From assembly GCF_001194135.2 (NCBI RefSeq), contig NC_068985.1:106819-161178 (forward strand): a DNA stretch of 54,360 bases. The letters run 5' to 3'. Both the position numbers and the translations under genes were made by a program. Of this stretch, positions 11,477-25,292 are shown piece by piece. Positions within the stretch are counted from its first letter, which is position 1, and each line of letters starts with the position of its first letter. The notes under the pieces were generated by a model. That model searched no databases and was not told where the DNA came from. It worked only from the letters and a program-made list of their open reading frames with translations. The DNA comes from Octopus bimaculoides. Taxonomy: Eukaryota.

Positions 11477-11999
11477 TCAACTTACATGGTTTTCCTTCTG
11501 CTCATTTGTTTTTACATGCATCCATTAGAAATGCCAATAGTAGAACTAGAATAAGAAACTGAGAGAAAGCTGGAGCTGAAATGATTGAAGGATCTTCATT
11601 ATTTTGAAATACACATCATACATACATAGTAAAATGATGGGGTCAATGGAAATGCTGTATGTTTTTGGAGAGAAGGAAATGCCAAAGAAATTTCATTTAT
11701 GCTTAAATGTGTTTAGTGAAGAACTTGTAAGGAAATTTGGAAATATTGTCAATGTAGTCATATATATCTTGAACACAATCATATTTTCAATAAAAATATA
11801 TTCAAAGTAAGTAATAAATGAATATAAGTAGTTTAAGAATATATTTTACAGAAATAAGAGATAAAATTATAAAAAAAAATTAATATTAGAAAATTAATAG
11901 CTTTTTAAAAGTAATGAATTATAAAATACAAATTCATAAAAAAATTTACAAAATTTTACAGAATAAAATAATTTTTTTTTTCCAGAAGTATTGATAACT

Positions 12000-12139
12000 A
12001 TGCCTGTTTCAAATAATGATGAACCTTACTACTGTTCAGAACAAATTAAAATACCTCTTGACTTACCTGACATTATGAAAGAATTCACTAAAGCTGCAAT
12101 TCGTACCCAACCCAAAGACATACTAGGATGGTCAACTTC
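12000..12139 (+). CDS. ROPN1L: ropporin-1-like protein (radial spoke protein 11), coding exon 1, RIIa-type D/D domain
   Basis: MPVSNNDEPYYCSEQIKIPLDLPDIMKEFTKAAIRTQPKDILGWST(S). Hallmark ropporin motif IP..LPDI.K.FTKAAIRTQP. Donor TC|GTGAGT, phase 2. Confidence 0.96.
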
Positions 12140-12369
12140 GTGAGTTTTAATTTTTGTCATTCATATTTGATATACTCTTTTATGGGACTGTGACGGTTTG
12201 GGCAGTTAGGGAATGAATATTTACCAACATAATCATTGCTAACAATCTGAAAAACTGTTTTAAAGTTGAATTATAATTACATGTAAATTACAAGCATCAT
12301 TGTCATCATCATCATTGTCATCATCATCATCGTCATCATCATCAACATTATTGTCATTGTCATCATCAC

Positions 12370-13340
12370 TTCTCCAGATGTTTCGCTTGACAGAGGGCTT
12401 CAGTAGTACTTTGCTCTGATACAAACACAAACTCTATCTCTTTTAGGTTAATTCTCTTTCTAATCAGTTATGGAATAACCTTTTTGTTTCATTTATAACT
12501 CAGTTCATCACTTTGATATCTCTGGCTGCTGCTTTTTGTGATGGCATTCCCTTTGTTCTTGTCGCAGTTAATGGTTGATACCATTATGTCAGATATCTTG
12601 TATTTCCTTCACTAACATATCTGCTACTTCACCAGTTAATTTAACGATCCTCTAATTATCCTTCATAGTCCAGTTGCTTTCTTTGCTCAGACTCATTTAT
12701 GGTCATAACTTCAATAGCTACTTCTTTTCCCCACTTTCTTCCAGGCCTTTTTATTCAGTAACTTAACAATTCTAAGCCCCTTTCTTCTCAGCTTCAGTAT
12801 TCCAATGTCATTCTGTACACACTTTTTTTATATTGATGTCTTCATTCAAACTGACATATAAACTTGCAATATGGAACAATTCATGTTTCTGATTTTCTCA
12901 TAGCAGAACATTTTTAAACCTTTGACTTACAACTTTGCTACAAACTTGAAACCTAGTCTTTCTTCTGTTAACCTGATATTGTTTTCTTCCAGTCTTTCCA
13001 TACCTGTCTCTTAGCGTCTGTAACTTTACCATTCCATTCTTAAGTTATCTTCAATATGGTCTGATCCTTGCTTCTACAACAGATCTTGTCTGTGGCTTGC
13101 AGCAGGTTGTCTTGTTGCAACTTCCAGTTATACTTTTATAAATGTGTCTACTACTACTACTACTACTCAACGTATTCATCACTTATCTATTCACCTGAAT
13201 CTATATCTTGCAGAGAGATTATCCAACCTCATTATTTTGTAGTCCAGATTATCTTGTTTCCCTGTGTCTGTTTAACTCAAACTCTGATATCCAGCATTTT
13301 CCAATTGGAGCTCCCACAAATCCCTAGGATTTTGTGAGAG
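12370..13340 (-). mobile_element. old, highly decayed RTE LINE fragment (intron 1)
   Basis: Reverse strand gives ATDKIC...AKRQVWKDWKK...FKNVL..ENQKHELFHIA, collinear with RTE ORF2 at 7069-7662. Confidence 0.6.
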
Positions 13341-14699
13341 GTTGTTAAGAATTCCATTACAATCAGTGATAAACAGGTTAATTATATGCAAATGCATTTT
13401 TGAGACATTTTATATTTGTAATTTTTTTATACATTCATGGAATATTCCAGAAAGTAATAAGGAAACTTCTTGATACTTCTTAATGGGAAATTATAGAAGA
13501 ATTTGATCTAAATAAGGTCTTGGTTAAGACAACTTTCTTAAACCTTCTTTGTCGCTTCTGAAAATTTATCATTTCTAAACATTTCAAACACAGTTTTATG
13601 CTTTGTTTAATCTCTTACACAATTTAACTTTATGAAAAGGAAAGATGAAGAGAATTCTATAATAATTTGTATTTAGGAATTCTCTGAGACATGGAATGTA
13701 TTTCATGGGTTCCTGTAAGAGTCAAAATTTCAAGAGCCTCTGTTGGCTGGAATGTTCTTCAATGAGGAAAAAGTTGATATTTACAACCAGTTGTCTTTCT
13801 GGCCTAGAATGTGGTGGTCAACACTAATGTAACTAGTTGTCTGACATCTCTGCAACTTTAAATATTTAAGGTTGAAAAATTAACTAATATAAAGCTTTAA
13901 GAGTCTCTGCTGATGCAGGCACATGCACACCCCTGAGAAACAGAAATAGGATTTGGTTAGGCAAGTATATTGTAGAAAACGAAGGAGAGTATATTTTAGA
14001 TTAAAAAACAACTTTGTTTATCTTAATTTTGAAAAATAAAAGAAGTATCAAAAGACATTATTTATGGGATGACCCAATATAAAGGCTACCAAATAACCTA
14101 TGTTTTTGACACAACAACTCATTTCTAACTACTAAAATAACCTTGGAAACGAGGTCAGGTCACACAATTTTAAGGTCATTTTTGGGCAATATTTCCATTT
14201 GCTTCTAATGTTTCACTTTTGTCTAATGTTTCACACATGCGTAGAATTCTATTCAGACAAAAATTTATGAAAATGTACACATAAATATTGTATTAAAATA
14301 AACCACAGCCAAAATAATTTCATTAAAAGACATCCATTTCTCTATATTTTATGAGGAAATAATCACTTTCTCTTACATGCACACTCACACGCACACACAT
14401 ATGCACACATACTGACAAAACAAATGTATGCATATGTATTTATGTACATGTATATGAAAGATAATGTGTGTGTGTGTGAGAGAGAGAGAAAGCAAGTGCC
14501 ACTTACACATACATGCAAAAAAATACATACATGACAACACACACCTTCACTCACTCTCTCTCATGCACATGCACACACACACATACACATGTCCATTTCA
14601 TATACACGTATATACATCTTTCCTTTCCTGTCTCTCTCACTTTCTGCTCTCACTTCAGAGCAAATGTTTCCTTTTCACTTTCTTCTCTCTTTCACTTTC

Positions 14700-16149
14700 T
14701 GATCTTTTCAAAGCATAAAGAAAAAAAAAATTATGGAAATTAACAAACAATCATATGATTGACCGTATGATTAACTTGACAACTTTGCTACTTCAAACAA
14801 AAGTATGCCATAAAATAACTTCCTTTGGCGCGCACACATACACACACACACATTCTAGATGAAACTTCTGTATGAATTATGTTATTTATTGCTATGTGCA
14901 AACACAAAATTACAGCTCAAATCCGATTGAAATGACCTTTTTCTATTCTGTAATTTGTTTGTGATGAGCATATTTAAAAAAAACTGATCTTTGATATAAG
15001 CTTAAAAGAAAGTTTCCCCAGAAATTTTGTCCTTTACCTGTTGTTTCTAGCATGTCCAAGGTGATACTTGCACTTCCTCCCACCTTATTTTTTTCCTAAA
15101 TTTCTTCTGATTCCTATGTTTTCAATACAGAAGAGTAGGATTTCATCCAAAGAACACATTCTCAATATTTTAATTTTCTCCCTCCTCATACCAATTTCTT
15201 CACTTTTACTTTTTTCAAAATTTTTCTCTTGATAATCCACGGAGAAAAAAAACAGCGTATGAATCTTTAAGAATTTTCTTCTTTTTTTAAAGAAACACTA
15301 AAATCTCCTTCCCAAACATCCACCCACTGTCTCACCACTTTCAAAAAACTGCAAACTCACAATCTTTCACTTTTAGCTTTTTGGAAAATATGAAAGTTTC
15401 TTCAGAAATGATCCTTTCTACTATAGGCACAAGGCCTGGAATTTTGAGGGAGGGGACAAGTCAATTACATCAACTCCAGTGTTTCACTGGTACTTAGTTT
15501 ATCGACCTTGAAAGGATGAAAGGCAAAGTTGACCTTAGCGGAATGTTTCTTCAGAAAAAATGTTGTTTACCTGTTGTTTCTAACATGTTGGGCTTTCTGG
15601 TGATGGTCTGGTATTTTTTTACGTCTGCTATTTCAGTGCAATTCTACACATGTGTAAAACATCAGATGGAAGTGAAACATTGGGAGGTTTTAACTTTTTG
15701 AAAGCGGGTAGGTGAGGTGGGGGAAGGGGCATTGAATACTTCTTTAAGAAAAATTAAACTTTAAAAAAAAAAAAATATATCCCAGATTCAAAATCGCTGT
15801 ATTTTTCTTCGTGGATAAAAAAAGAAATTTCAAAAAAAAGTTACAAATTCAGAAATTGTGGTGGGGATGGGGCAGGGGGGTTAAAATTTTGAAAACGTGA
15901 TTTCTGGGCAAAAATCATATTAACTCCCTTTTATGATGAAACAATACATAGTTTGTGATTGTTCTTAAGAACAGAAAGCACTTTCATGCAAACCCATGCA
16001 AATTGTACCCTCCTCCACTTCACTTTTAAACAAATACTAACTTCCATTACACCAGTAACCCAGTTCCCTGTATATCACCTGTGCTGATATAATAATATAA
16101 TGTAGCTTTAGGTCATAACACCCTGGCAACGCCGGGATGCCTTGCTAGT
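14700..16149 (+). mobile_element. non-autonomous Helitron-like element (5' end uncertain) with an inserted SINE at ~15420-15545
   Basis: 3' hairpin ccctggcaacgccggg (16121-16136) followed by CTAG-T (16145-16149), the same end as at 26685 and 34613. Confidence 0.65.
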
Positions 16150-16750
16150 TGCTAATAAAATATAGAAGATTATATATTATTAGAAAATTGCAGTTATGTC
16201 CATATTATTAAGATTTATTCCTTGCTTTCTCTTTACCACCCAAGGATTATTGCAAGAAGGAAAACTATGCCTTTTCCTCAGTACCAGAGTACTGGTTCTT
16301 TTCAAGGATATCCTCAGAAATGTGGAGCAGTGCTAGTGTTGTGTATTACAATGAATTCATTCAGGAAAAATTAATCTTGCTTTTCCTGAAAATACAACAA
16401 AATAAAATCACAATGATAAATGATGAAGTGAAATACATAATTACCTTATACATTCTTTTGGCAACTTTCCACTTTAGTTCCTGATTAGCTGTCATTAACA
16501 GCATATCTTGGGTGCCTTATACCTTCCTGTCTTTAGACAACATTACTTACAGTGATTACTTGATAATCCATATTTTCTTACAAGTTTTCTTTTAGTATTA
16601 CTACTTAGGCACATGCTTATCTGGAAACTTGCATGAGTGTGTCTTCATGAAGTTGAAATGGTTCTAGATTCAAAACCTAAGTTAAAAACAAAAATAAGAA
16701 ACTGTTTTGCTTCTTATCTAAAGATGTATAATTTTTAAAATCTCTTTTAG

Positions 16751-16874
16751 ATATTTCGTAGCTCTTTATAATGGAGAGGAACCTCCCGTGAAAGAAAGAT
16801 ATGAAATTCCAGTGGCTACACAGAAAACTGATTCAGCTTTAACTATAGGTATTTTGAAGATCTTTCATAAACAG
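16751..16874 (+). CDS. ROPN1L: ropporin-1-like protein, coding exon 2
   Basis: tctcttttag|A...YFVALYNGEEPPVKERYEIPVATQKTDSALTIGILKIFHKQ|GTATCA. Matches the P.ATQKTD.GLT.G.LK.LHKQ motif; phase 2 to 0. Confidence 0.96.
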
Positions 16875-17984
16875 GTATCATTTTTTATTATTATATGTAC
16901 TATTTGGTATTTTTTCATTATTATTGAAAATTTCATCATCAATATTCATACATTAAAAGGTCAGTAAGATGTATCAATTAATACCAAAGGGGAATTGTAA
17001 AGGCATAAGATACTGTGGAAAAGCTAACAGCAAGATTACCTGTAAATTTTTGTACATGAATACCTTGCTGTTAGAAGTATATAAATTCTGTTACCTGAGT
17101 TGATTTGTCTTAGAGATTGAGCTCATATTGACTATTTTGTGACTAAGACATAGAAACTGTGAGTTTTGTTTTTAAACCACTTGGTCATCCTGATACTTAC
17201 ACATTAGCTAGGTCAAAGTATTGAGTACATTGTTGTTTAGCCTGTTTTACACTGGTTGAGTAGCCCTTAGAATCAAAGGAGTTCCAGCCATGACTGTTTT
17301 GTTGTTTTTATCTGACAATGTATTTCAAACTACAGCTTCCAATGTGACCATCTCTTTTCGTGTGATTCTAGGAAGATCTGCTTTCTATTTTTAGTAGGTA
17401 AAAGTTTTGGTTTTGGTGAAACAATAACAAATAGTTTCTACCTTTATGTCACAGACTCTATGATAGATTTATGTAAATGTTGTCATCTTAAATGGAAGCA
17501 AAACGTAGATTTACTAAATAATATGCATGAAATACTGAAACTCTTATTTTTCAACACCACCACCATTTAATGTCTGTTTTCTATGCTGACATGAGTTGGG
17601 CTATATTAGTACCTATGCATTTACTGAATTATTTGTATAATGTAGTTTTACAAATTTAATAGTAATAGAAAATATTGATGGATTTTAGAATGGATGAAAG
17701 TTTCTTTTCTTCCCCCCTTTTATATTTGTAACTAATTACTTAACAGACAAAAGTTACTGAAGCGTGCTTTAATAAACAAAATTCCAGTGCAGTGGTAGGA
17801 TAAAAAGGTTAGGGTCAAGGAAAGGTTAGGGTCAAGGAAAGTGCTTGTGTTTAGTCCATTTTGTCAGTTATTGGATACATGAAGGAGTGCTTGAAAAGGC
17901 ATTACACAGGTTATTTTTTTTTTATAATTTCCTGTTTACTTTGTTGCTCTGTTTTCATTTGTAAAATAATTGAAAAGCTTGACT

Positions 17985-18420
17985 CAATAAGATACGCTGA
18001 CAAAATGGAAGTAATGTATGTGTAGCTCTTTCTACCAATTTTGGCTGGGAATCATACATCATGGGCTAAAAATTCTGTGACTGATTTCTCATTGATTATG
18101 TCACTTGCATCTGAATAAAAATGAACAGCTCCAGAAATTTATCTTGACAATAACCAAGAAATTTTGAACTGCAATTTAAATTAATTTCCCACTAAACAAA
18201 TTTGTCATCACTGAATTCAGGAAAGTATTAACTGAAGTCATTTTCTACAGCTGCCAAGATGTTGCAAAATTTCATGATTTGTAAATTCTGAAAAAGAATT
18301 CGCCTTCACCTCTAAGCAACGAGGATTGATAACAGTTTTTCAAACATTGTAAAATTTCTACACTGATTCAATTTTCCAATTTGCTTAAGAAAGTTTCCAA
18401 GGCGTCAGCGTATTTTATTT
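17985..18420. mobile_element. short Tc1/mariner-type non-autonomous element with terminal inverted repeats
   Basis: caataagatacgctgac (17985-18001) versus gtcagcgtattttattt (18404-18420). The interior has degraded transposase-like sequence. Confidence 0.6.
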
Positions 18421-19746
18421 TATTTGTACTCTTTAATTGCATATTGAGTTTATTTAGTTAACAGGCAAGCTGCTTCTTCTATTCCTCAACATTCAACTGG
18501 GCAACGAATTCCATCTAATCCTGAATGTTAAAAAGATAATTGGAGTTCATCTCAAATTCAGCTGCTTCTCTCTTTTGGAAGGCATTCAATATTCATGTGA
18601 AAAAATAAGCAAGGGACAACTTGTATCCATTTCAATCTTATGATATTGAAAAGTAATATGTTTAGTGTCTCCTTTGGCAAAATTCACAATTTGAATCATT
18701 TGATCCCAGTCCTTCCCTTGGGGATACTGTGTTTTGGAATTGGTACACCATATTTCTGCATGTTTTTAGTAAGAGATGATTGAAAGGACTGGGAATAAAA
18801 AGAGCATTTTTATATGTCAGAAAATCCATCAAATCCATGGAAAGAGAGGTAAGATGATGGTTATGGTGGTGATTGTATTCCAGGTAATTTGAAATCAAAG
18901 CCCCTCACTAATCAAATTTGTGTGCAGCCTTCTGGCTTGTCAGCCCCCAGTCAAACTGTTCAACTCATGCCAGCATGGAAAGCAGATGTTAAATGACGAC
19001 AACGACAATGCTTCCTTTACCGAGTTACAGTGGCATGCTTTTACAGAGTGATACATATAATAGATAGAAATGGAGGGTTATGCCCATTTATTCATTATTA
19101 TAGGCTTGCAGCTGTTTCATATATGTGTCTAAGTGTGTTCATGGTACAATATTATCAATCGATCAATTGATCAACTGAATATATCTAGAATCCACTTGCC
19201 AAACCATTTGCCAAAGAAAAGGAGAAAGAAAAGAAAAATAAGGAAGGAATTTGGTCAATGTAGCATTTTTGATAGGACTTAGGTTATCTATTTTTATCCA
19301 TCAAACTTAAACCATTGTTGGCTCTTTCCATGGGTGAAGAGTATTGAGATCCAATAAATAAATACCCGACAACCGCCTTTGGTCAGTGGCATGCTGTTGG
19401 TGATTACAAGTTTATTTGAAAGAAAAAAGTCAAAGGCTAGTATTTGCAATTATACAGACTAAAAGACAGCTAGGGTACTACTAATTATTTTAAACCTGAA
19501 GCATCAAAACCTATTTATTTGCCAAATAGTCAAATAAGTCAAATAAACAGTTAACAATAATGGTTAAAACAAGCAACCAGAGCTTGTAAATAAACTATAA
19601 CAAATAAAAATAAGACTAAGACTACAAGATAATCCTGTCTATTTCTGTTTTTGTTTCATAAATGTATGTATGTATGTATGTATGTATGTATGTATGTATG
19701 TACATACAAACAAACAAACAATTATTTTAAAATCATTATATTTCAG

Positions 19747-19908
19747 CTTTCTAGTCATGTTGATGTCACTCGACATATAATTGAAGAAAAATGGGAAGCC
19801 CTGTCCCTTCCAAAAGAACTTCTGGATGAAATACTTCATGTTGGAAATTTAAATGGAATATTCAGTTGGAGAGAATTTCTTGTTATTGCAGTTGTAACCA
19901 TTTCTATT
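19747..19908 (+). CDS. ROPN1L: ropporin-1-like protein, coding exon 3
   Basis: atttcag|LSSHVDVTRHIIEEKWEALSLPKELLDEILHVGNLNGIFSWREFLVIAVVTISI|GTAAGA. KW..L.LP.E and W..FL motifs; phase 0 to 0. Confidence 0.95.
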
Positions 19909-20480
19909 GTAAGAATTTGTTGTTTGCTTTTATCTAAAGTGAAACTCTGCTGGATTGTTTAGTTGACCCCATTTTATCTTTTATTTTCTGTACATTGACT
20001 TCTTAGTCTTAAGTTGCTGCATTTTCTTACATATATTTTTAGCAGAGGAATGTTTAAAACTCAAGCCAAATACTTTTGGATATGTAATAATTTTTAATCT
20101 TTTTAAATTTCCCCATCAATAGCTAGTTTTTCTTTCTATAATCTTTTAGTTTTGTTTTTAGTAAAACCTTTTGATTCTAAACCATTCCATGGGAATCTAC
20201 TTAAATAGATTTTTGTATATAATTATTGATAGATGACTTTCTTAAAATTTCCTCTAATATAACTACAGGCATAGTCATGTGGTTAAGAAGTCTGCTTTGC
20301 AACCATGTCATTCTAGGTTCTAGTCTACTGCTTGCATCCTTAGACAAATGTATTTCTCAATTACTTTATGTTGATCAATACTTCGTACATAAATATGTAT
20401 GTATGTACATACATACACATGTATGTACATACACATGCACACACATGTATGCCTGTGAACACGTACACATGCACATACAT

Positions 20481-20517
<37 letters not shown>

Positions 20518-20633
20518 GCATACTCATACACATGTGCACACACATAACATATGCATGCTTCTACACACATGTACATGCGTGTATGCACACATACACACAC
20601 ATGCATGCACATATGTACATACAAACATACACA

Positions 20634-20760
20634 CAGTAATCCCCCGCCATATTGCGGTTCATCTATTGTGCACTCAGTACATCATGGTTCACCTATTGCA
20701 TCCCCAGTATATCGTGGTTCATCTATTGCGCCTCCAGTATATTGTGGATTTTTCTGGTTA
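20634..20760 (+). repeat. Tigger/pogo-like terminus with ~30-bp subterminal tandem repeats
   Basis: cagtaatcccccgccatattgcggttcatctattg followed by three imperfect gtggttcatctattgc...cagtat units. No partner TIR found. Confidence 0.4.
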
Positions 20761-21124
20761 ATAAATGTCAATTTATATCACAGCTTTCTGTGGCCGATAG
20801 TTATTTATATTTTTTTAGATTTTAATTATTTTTGTGGGAGGTTTTGGAACATAACACCTGTGATAGCCAAAGGATTGATTATCGTGCACACATTTGTACC
20901 TGCATACATATCAGTGTAATGTAAACAAGGTACCATGGATCAAACAAAACTAATTGTCTTCCTATCTTTCATTTCTCATGAGATCTATAGAACAAGTTTC
21001 AAACAAAGAACTGAAACCAATTTAATTGATTAAAAGAATTAAATCTTTTGAAGGCAAATCTCCAACATAATGCAGATAATGACTAAAACTGGTAAAAGCA
21101 TATTATTTTACTTACCTCTTTCAG

Positions 21125-21300
21125 GATATCCAATCTGCTTTAAAGAACATATGTGATATCATAACTGATGACCCAGAAGGTGGACCAAGTCGAATACTTT
21201 TTAATGATTTTGAATTCTTTTTTAATCGTTTTATACAACTGGATGGAGGAATTCCAGCAGAAAATGCAAAAGAACTAATTGAATATTTCAAAATGATGTC
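21125..21300 (+). CDS. ROPN1L: ropporin-1-like protein, coding exon 4
   Basis: ttcag|DIQSALKNICDIITDDPEGGPSRILFNDFEFFFNRFIQLDGGIPAENAKELIEYFKMM(S)|GTAAGT. Hallmark ALK..C.I.TDDPEGGP.RI; phase 0 to 2. Confidence 0.96.
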
Positions 21301-21999
21301 GTAAGTAGTTATTTCCTTTTGCAAATAGATTATAACGGATAAAAGAGTATATGATTTTAGAATGCATATAGTTTTAATAGCAATTTAAGATTTTTATTTC
21401 TGTCTAATAATATAATGTAGTTTAATATTATGTTAACAGGGAATAACATTTAAGAATTTAAATACATTTATCATTCTACTTGCTTTTAAATGATTTACAT
21501 TGGAAAATCTATTGAATTTCCTTTAAGAAAACTTAACAAAAGTTAAAGTAGTTAATTCTAGAATTGGAAACAGATGTGAACACATCCAACTCTGTCTCAA
21601 AAATAAAGAAGAATTGTCCTGACTTATACACTTCATTGATCACTCATCAAGGAACAAGTACCCTGTCATGCTTCTGCCCATGAAGAGAGCTTATATTTAT
21701 TTTTGTTGTACACCATCAAGGACTTAGCTGTGTGTGCACTTATCAATGTGATGAAGTAAATAATAAATATTTATGTATTACAGAGCATGTAGTAGGAAAA
21801 CCTAAAAGGACACTTTTAAGACTTTAACTGTGGAACTTGAAGCAGGTGAAAATACGTCTTGTTACTCACTCTGCATAAAGGAAAATAAAGATATTTCACA
21901 GCTTGTTGACCAGTAGAGGCTATTTATTTGTTTTTATCCAACACCTGAATGTTACACCAACAGTAATTAGATTGATTCAAGAAAAGCCAAACACATGAA

Positions 22000-23330
22000 G
22001 TGAGAAGTTGAAAGCTTGTAACATGAGACACATCGAGGTTGAACATCCACATGTGAAGACAGTTGTCACCATCAGTATGCACTATTTATGCTGAAACCTT
22101 TGTTTAAACAAAGATTTCAACTTTCCAATTGCCATCAAGTGGTTTCTATACTTAGCATGCTGTAGTCCCAGTTGTGAGGTTACTTTGAAAATACTTAAAA
22201 CTCAGGTTGAGAAGTTGAAACGGAAATTAAGACATGCAAGTTTCTCAAACCAAACATCTTGAATGGGATAAAAAAAGGGAACTACGACAACACTACTAAG
22301 TGATACAGATATAATCATATTACTAGTAGACAAAGGCAAAGTATCTGTGGTGATGAAAAGGCTGAAACATGCAAATAATAGCCAGACTCACTAAGGACAA
22401 TTTATAAAATAATGAATGATTCTGACTCTGATGACCAAAAGAAAGAAACTATCATAAATCCTTAAAATGAACAAAGATCATTTGACATTGAATGAATTGA
22501 GACAGTTGAATCAACATTACAGTAGGTTACCACATACATACAATCTTCTCAAAATTCACAAAGACAGTATTCCAAGAGAACCAGTAGTGAGATGTCAAAG
22601 CTCAATGTCATCTACGGTGCAGATTCTTGGTAGATGAAATCACCCTGTCATATTGTACAGAGGTCACATTGCTTCGTAACTTCTCTAAGTCACAAGTTAC
22701 CTTCAAATGACAACAATGTTTATTTCCACTAATCATGCAGCACAAAGAAAAGATTTGCCCACAGCCCAGAACACTGAGCAAAAGTCATAAGTGATAATCC
22801 AGATACAATAAAAGATGATAAAGTATGGAAAAAATTCAGAATACCAACTACCCTGCAAGCTTCGGTATCATTTCTAAAAGCAAAGATATCATAATCAAGA
22901 ATATTTGCCATCTTATATCAGAAACTTGTTAGAAATAAATTGAGACCTGAGATTTATGCAGCAGTCGGACAGTATTAAAGAGTAGCATTACATTTTCCCA
23001 AACAAAAGCATCCACCAGAAAAGATTATGACCAACAGCTCTGTATATCCAGCTCCATGCAATTGTAGCTGTAAATGTAAAGTTGAGACCAGCCACTTCCT
23101 AAAAGTAAAGCTAGAGGAACATTATAAAACAGTAATCAGTTGAGATTGGAAAAAATCAGACCTAAAGTATTATTTGTGGAGGCTGAAGCTGTAAACTCTC
23201 ATGGACCAAAGTTAATTTAATAAATACTGGTTGTTCAATGCCTTATTGACTCAATATTTCAAAAATTACAGCTCTCTCCACAAAAGAAACAATAAGCAGG
23301 CTATAAAAAAAATAGTAACTGCATAACACT
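22000..23330 (+). mobile_element. Penelope-like element remnant (RT plus GIY-YIG), decayed
   Basis: VDKGKVSVVM (~22325), KIHKDSIPREPVV (~22555) and VYPAPCNCSCKCKVETSHFLKVKLEEHYK (~23040) are degraded PLE RT and GIY-YIG motifs. Confidence 0.65.
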
Positions 23331-23899
23331 TTCTTCATGACGAGCCAGTGAGGGAGGTCATCAAATCTTGTTCAAATCACATTCTTCTTTCAATAAAGGA
23401 AAGGTCATATTGGATATTTTAGTCTGAGATGAGCCATATGCAAAAAAAAAAAAAAGCAGGAAAGAAGAGTTACCTCCCTTTGAATAATTCTTGCTGTGGC
23501 CAAAATGGGGGCAGTTTGTGTGTGCTTTTTTTCTCCTGTTTTTTGACCATGTTTCTAAAATGAGTTTTCTGATATAAGGGCGTCATCTAAGAATTTCACT
23601 TTATGAGTTCAATAAGGCATCCAGATCATATATGTATATTTAGGATCATTATCATTTCAGCCAAGCAACATTTGCACCATCTCCTTTCTGTTGAGGTAGG
23701 GCCCAGGTTGTTCCAGCAGCTTCCAGTCAGTTGTGTATGGCGTTCCTTTTTCTTTTAATCAGCATATATAGCTTATTTATGGCTTACTCTGGGATTCTCA
23801 AAGAGGACTTGTGGTTATTTAGTCTGGCCTTCAAGGGGCCCTCCATTACTCCATTATGTTTCTGTGTATACCTGTCCATTATTGCTGCTGCTGTTGCTC

Positions 23900-24230
23900 G
23901 TATATATATATAAAGATGAGAATGTATGTCTGTCTGTATGTGTGTCTGTGTGGATCCCTAAAATTTGAGAACTACGCAACCAATTTCATTCAAATTTTAC
24001 ACATGCCTTACATGCCTTACTTACGTAAGGCAAGTGTAAAAAGGTCCGTGTAGTGTCAGAGACCAAAAACATTTTTGACTTCTTGCCTAGTGCGAGCCCA
24101 GAGCAATATCACATCTTCTCCACTATTTCAGTATTACGCGTCAAAAGTGAAACAATAACATCTCTCTATTGTAAGGTCAGATGTTTTCACTTTAATAGTT
24201 CCACTTTAATACTGAAAGTATTAAAATGAA
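23900..24230 (+). mobile_element. Helitron-type 5' segment
   Basis: tatatatataaagatgagaatgtatgtctgtctg...actacgcaaccaatttcattcaaatttt resembles the 5' ends at 25293 and 33313. Confidence 0.5.
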
Positions 24231-24268
24231 TCTATTATCTCACATATATACAGGCATACATATATATA

Positions 24269-24314
<46 letters not shown>

Positions 24315-24798
24315 NNNNNNNNNNNNNNNNNNNNNNNNNNNNNNNNNNNNNNNNNNNNNNNNNNNNNNNNNNNNNNNNNNNNNNNNNNNNNNNNNNNNNN
24401 NNNNNNNNNNNNNNNNNNNNNNNNNNNNNNNNNNNNNNNNNNNNNNNNNNNNNNNNNNNNNNNNNNNNNNNNNNNNNNNNNNNNNNNNNNNNNNNNNNNN
24501 NNNNNNNNNNNNNNNNNNNNNNNNNNNNNNNNNNNNNNNNNNNNNNNNNNNNNNNNNNNNNNNNNNNNNNNNNNNNNNNNNNNNNNNNNNNNNNNNNNAT
24601 ATATATATATATATATATAGATGTATATGTATAGATGTATATATATAGATGTATATATATAGATGTATATATATAGATGTATATATATATATAGATGTAT
24701 ATATATACATGTAGATGTGTAAATGTATATATATATAGATGTACATGTAATATGTACACATATATATACATGCATACATATATACACACACATACACA

Positions 24799-25160
24799 TA
24801 GGTGCAGGTGTGGCTGTGTGGTAAGAAACTTGGTTCCAAAACACATGGTCCTGGGTTCAGTCCCACTGTGTGGTAACTTGGCATGTGTCTTCTACTATAC
24901 CCTCAGACCAACCAAAGCCTTGTGAGTGGATTTCGTACACAGAAACTGAAAGAAATCAATCGTATGTATGTATATATGTATGTATATATGTAAGTGTATG
25001 TGTGTGTCTTTGTCACTGTGTCTCTCCCTCACCACTGCTTCACAACAGCTGTTCGTTTATTTACATCCCCATAACTTACTGGTTTGACAAGGAGAAACTG
25101 ATAGAATAAGTACCAGGCTTATCAAAATAAAAAAAAAAGCTATTGGCAGTGTCTCATATT
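24799..25160 (+). mobile_element. tRNA-derived SINE
   Basis: A-box/B-box-like head ggtgtggctgtgtggtaag...gggttcagtccc, then body ccaaagccttgtgagtggattt...gatagaataagtaccaggctt. Related copies at ~20270 and antisense at ~32065-32190. Confidence 0.75.
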
Positions 25161-25292
25161 TTTGTTTGCCCACTCAGTTGTATCTATCAATCTATCTTTT
25201 TGTGTATCTGCATACATACATACATACATACATACATACATACATACATACATACATACATGCATGCATGCATGTATATGTGTATATTCATA

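Noticed and set aside
17808-17838. TTAGGG twice, as an interstitial telomere
   Set aside because: It is only a local 17-bp tandem duplication (aaggttagggtcaagga), not a telomeric array.
21552-21612. Alternative terminal exon for ROPN1L (ag|A-IGNRCEHIQLCLKNKEELS*)
   Set aside because: No family motif and repeat-like sequence; the exon at 27425 fits far better.
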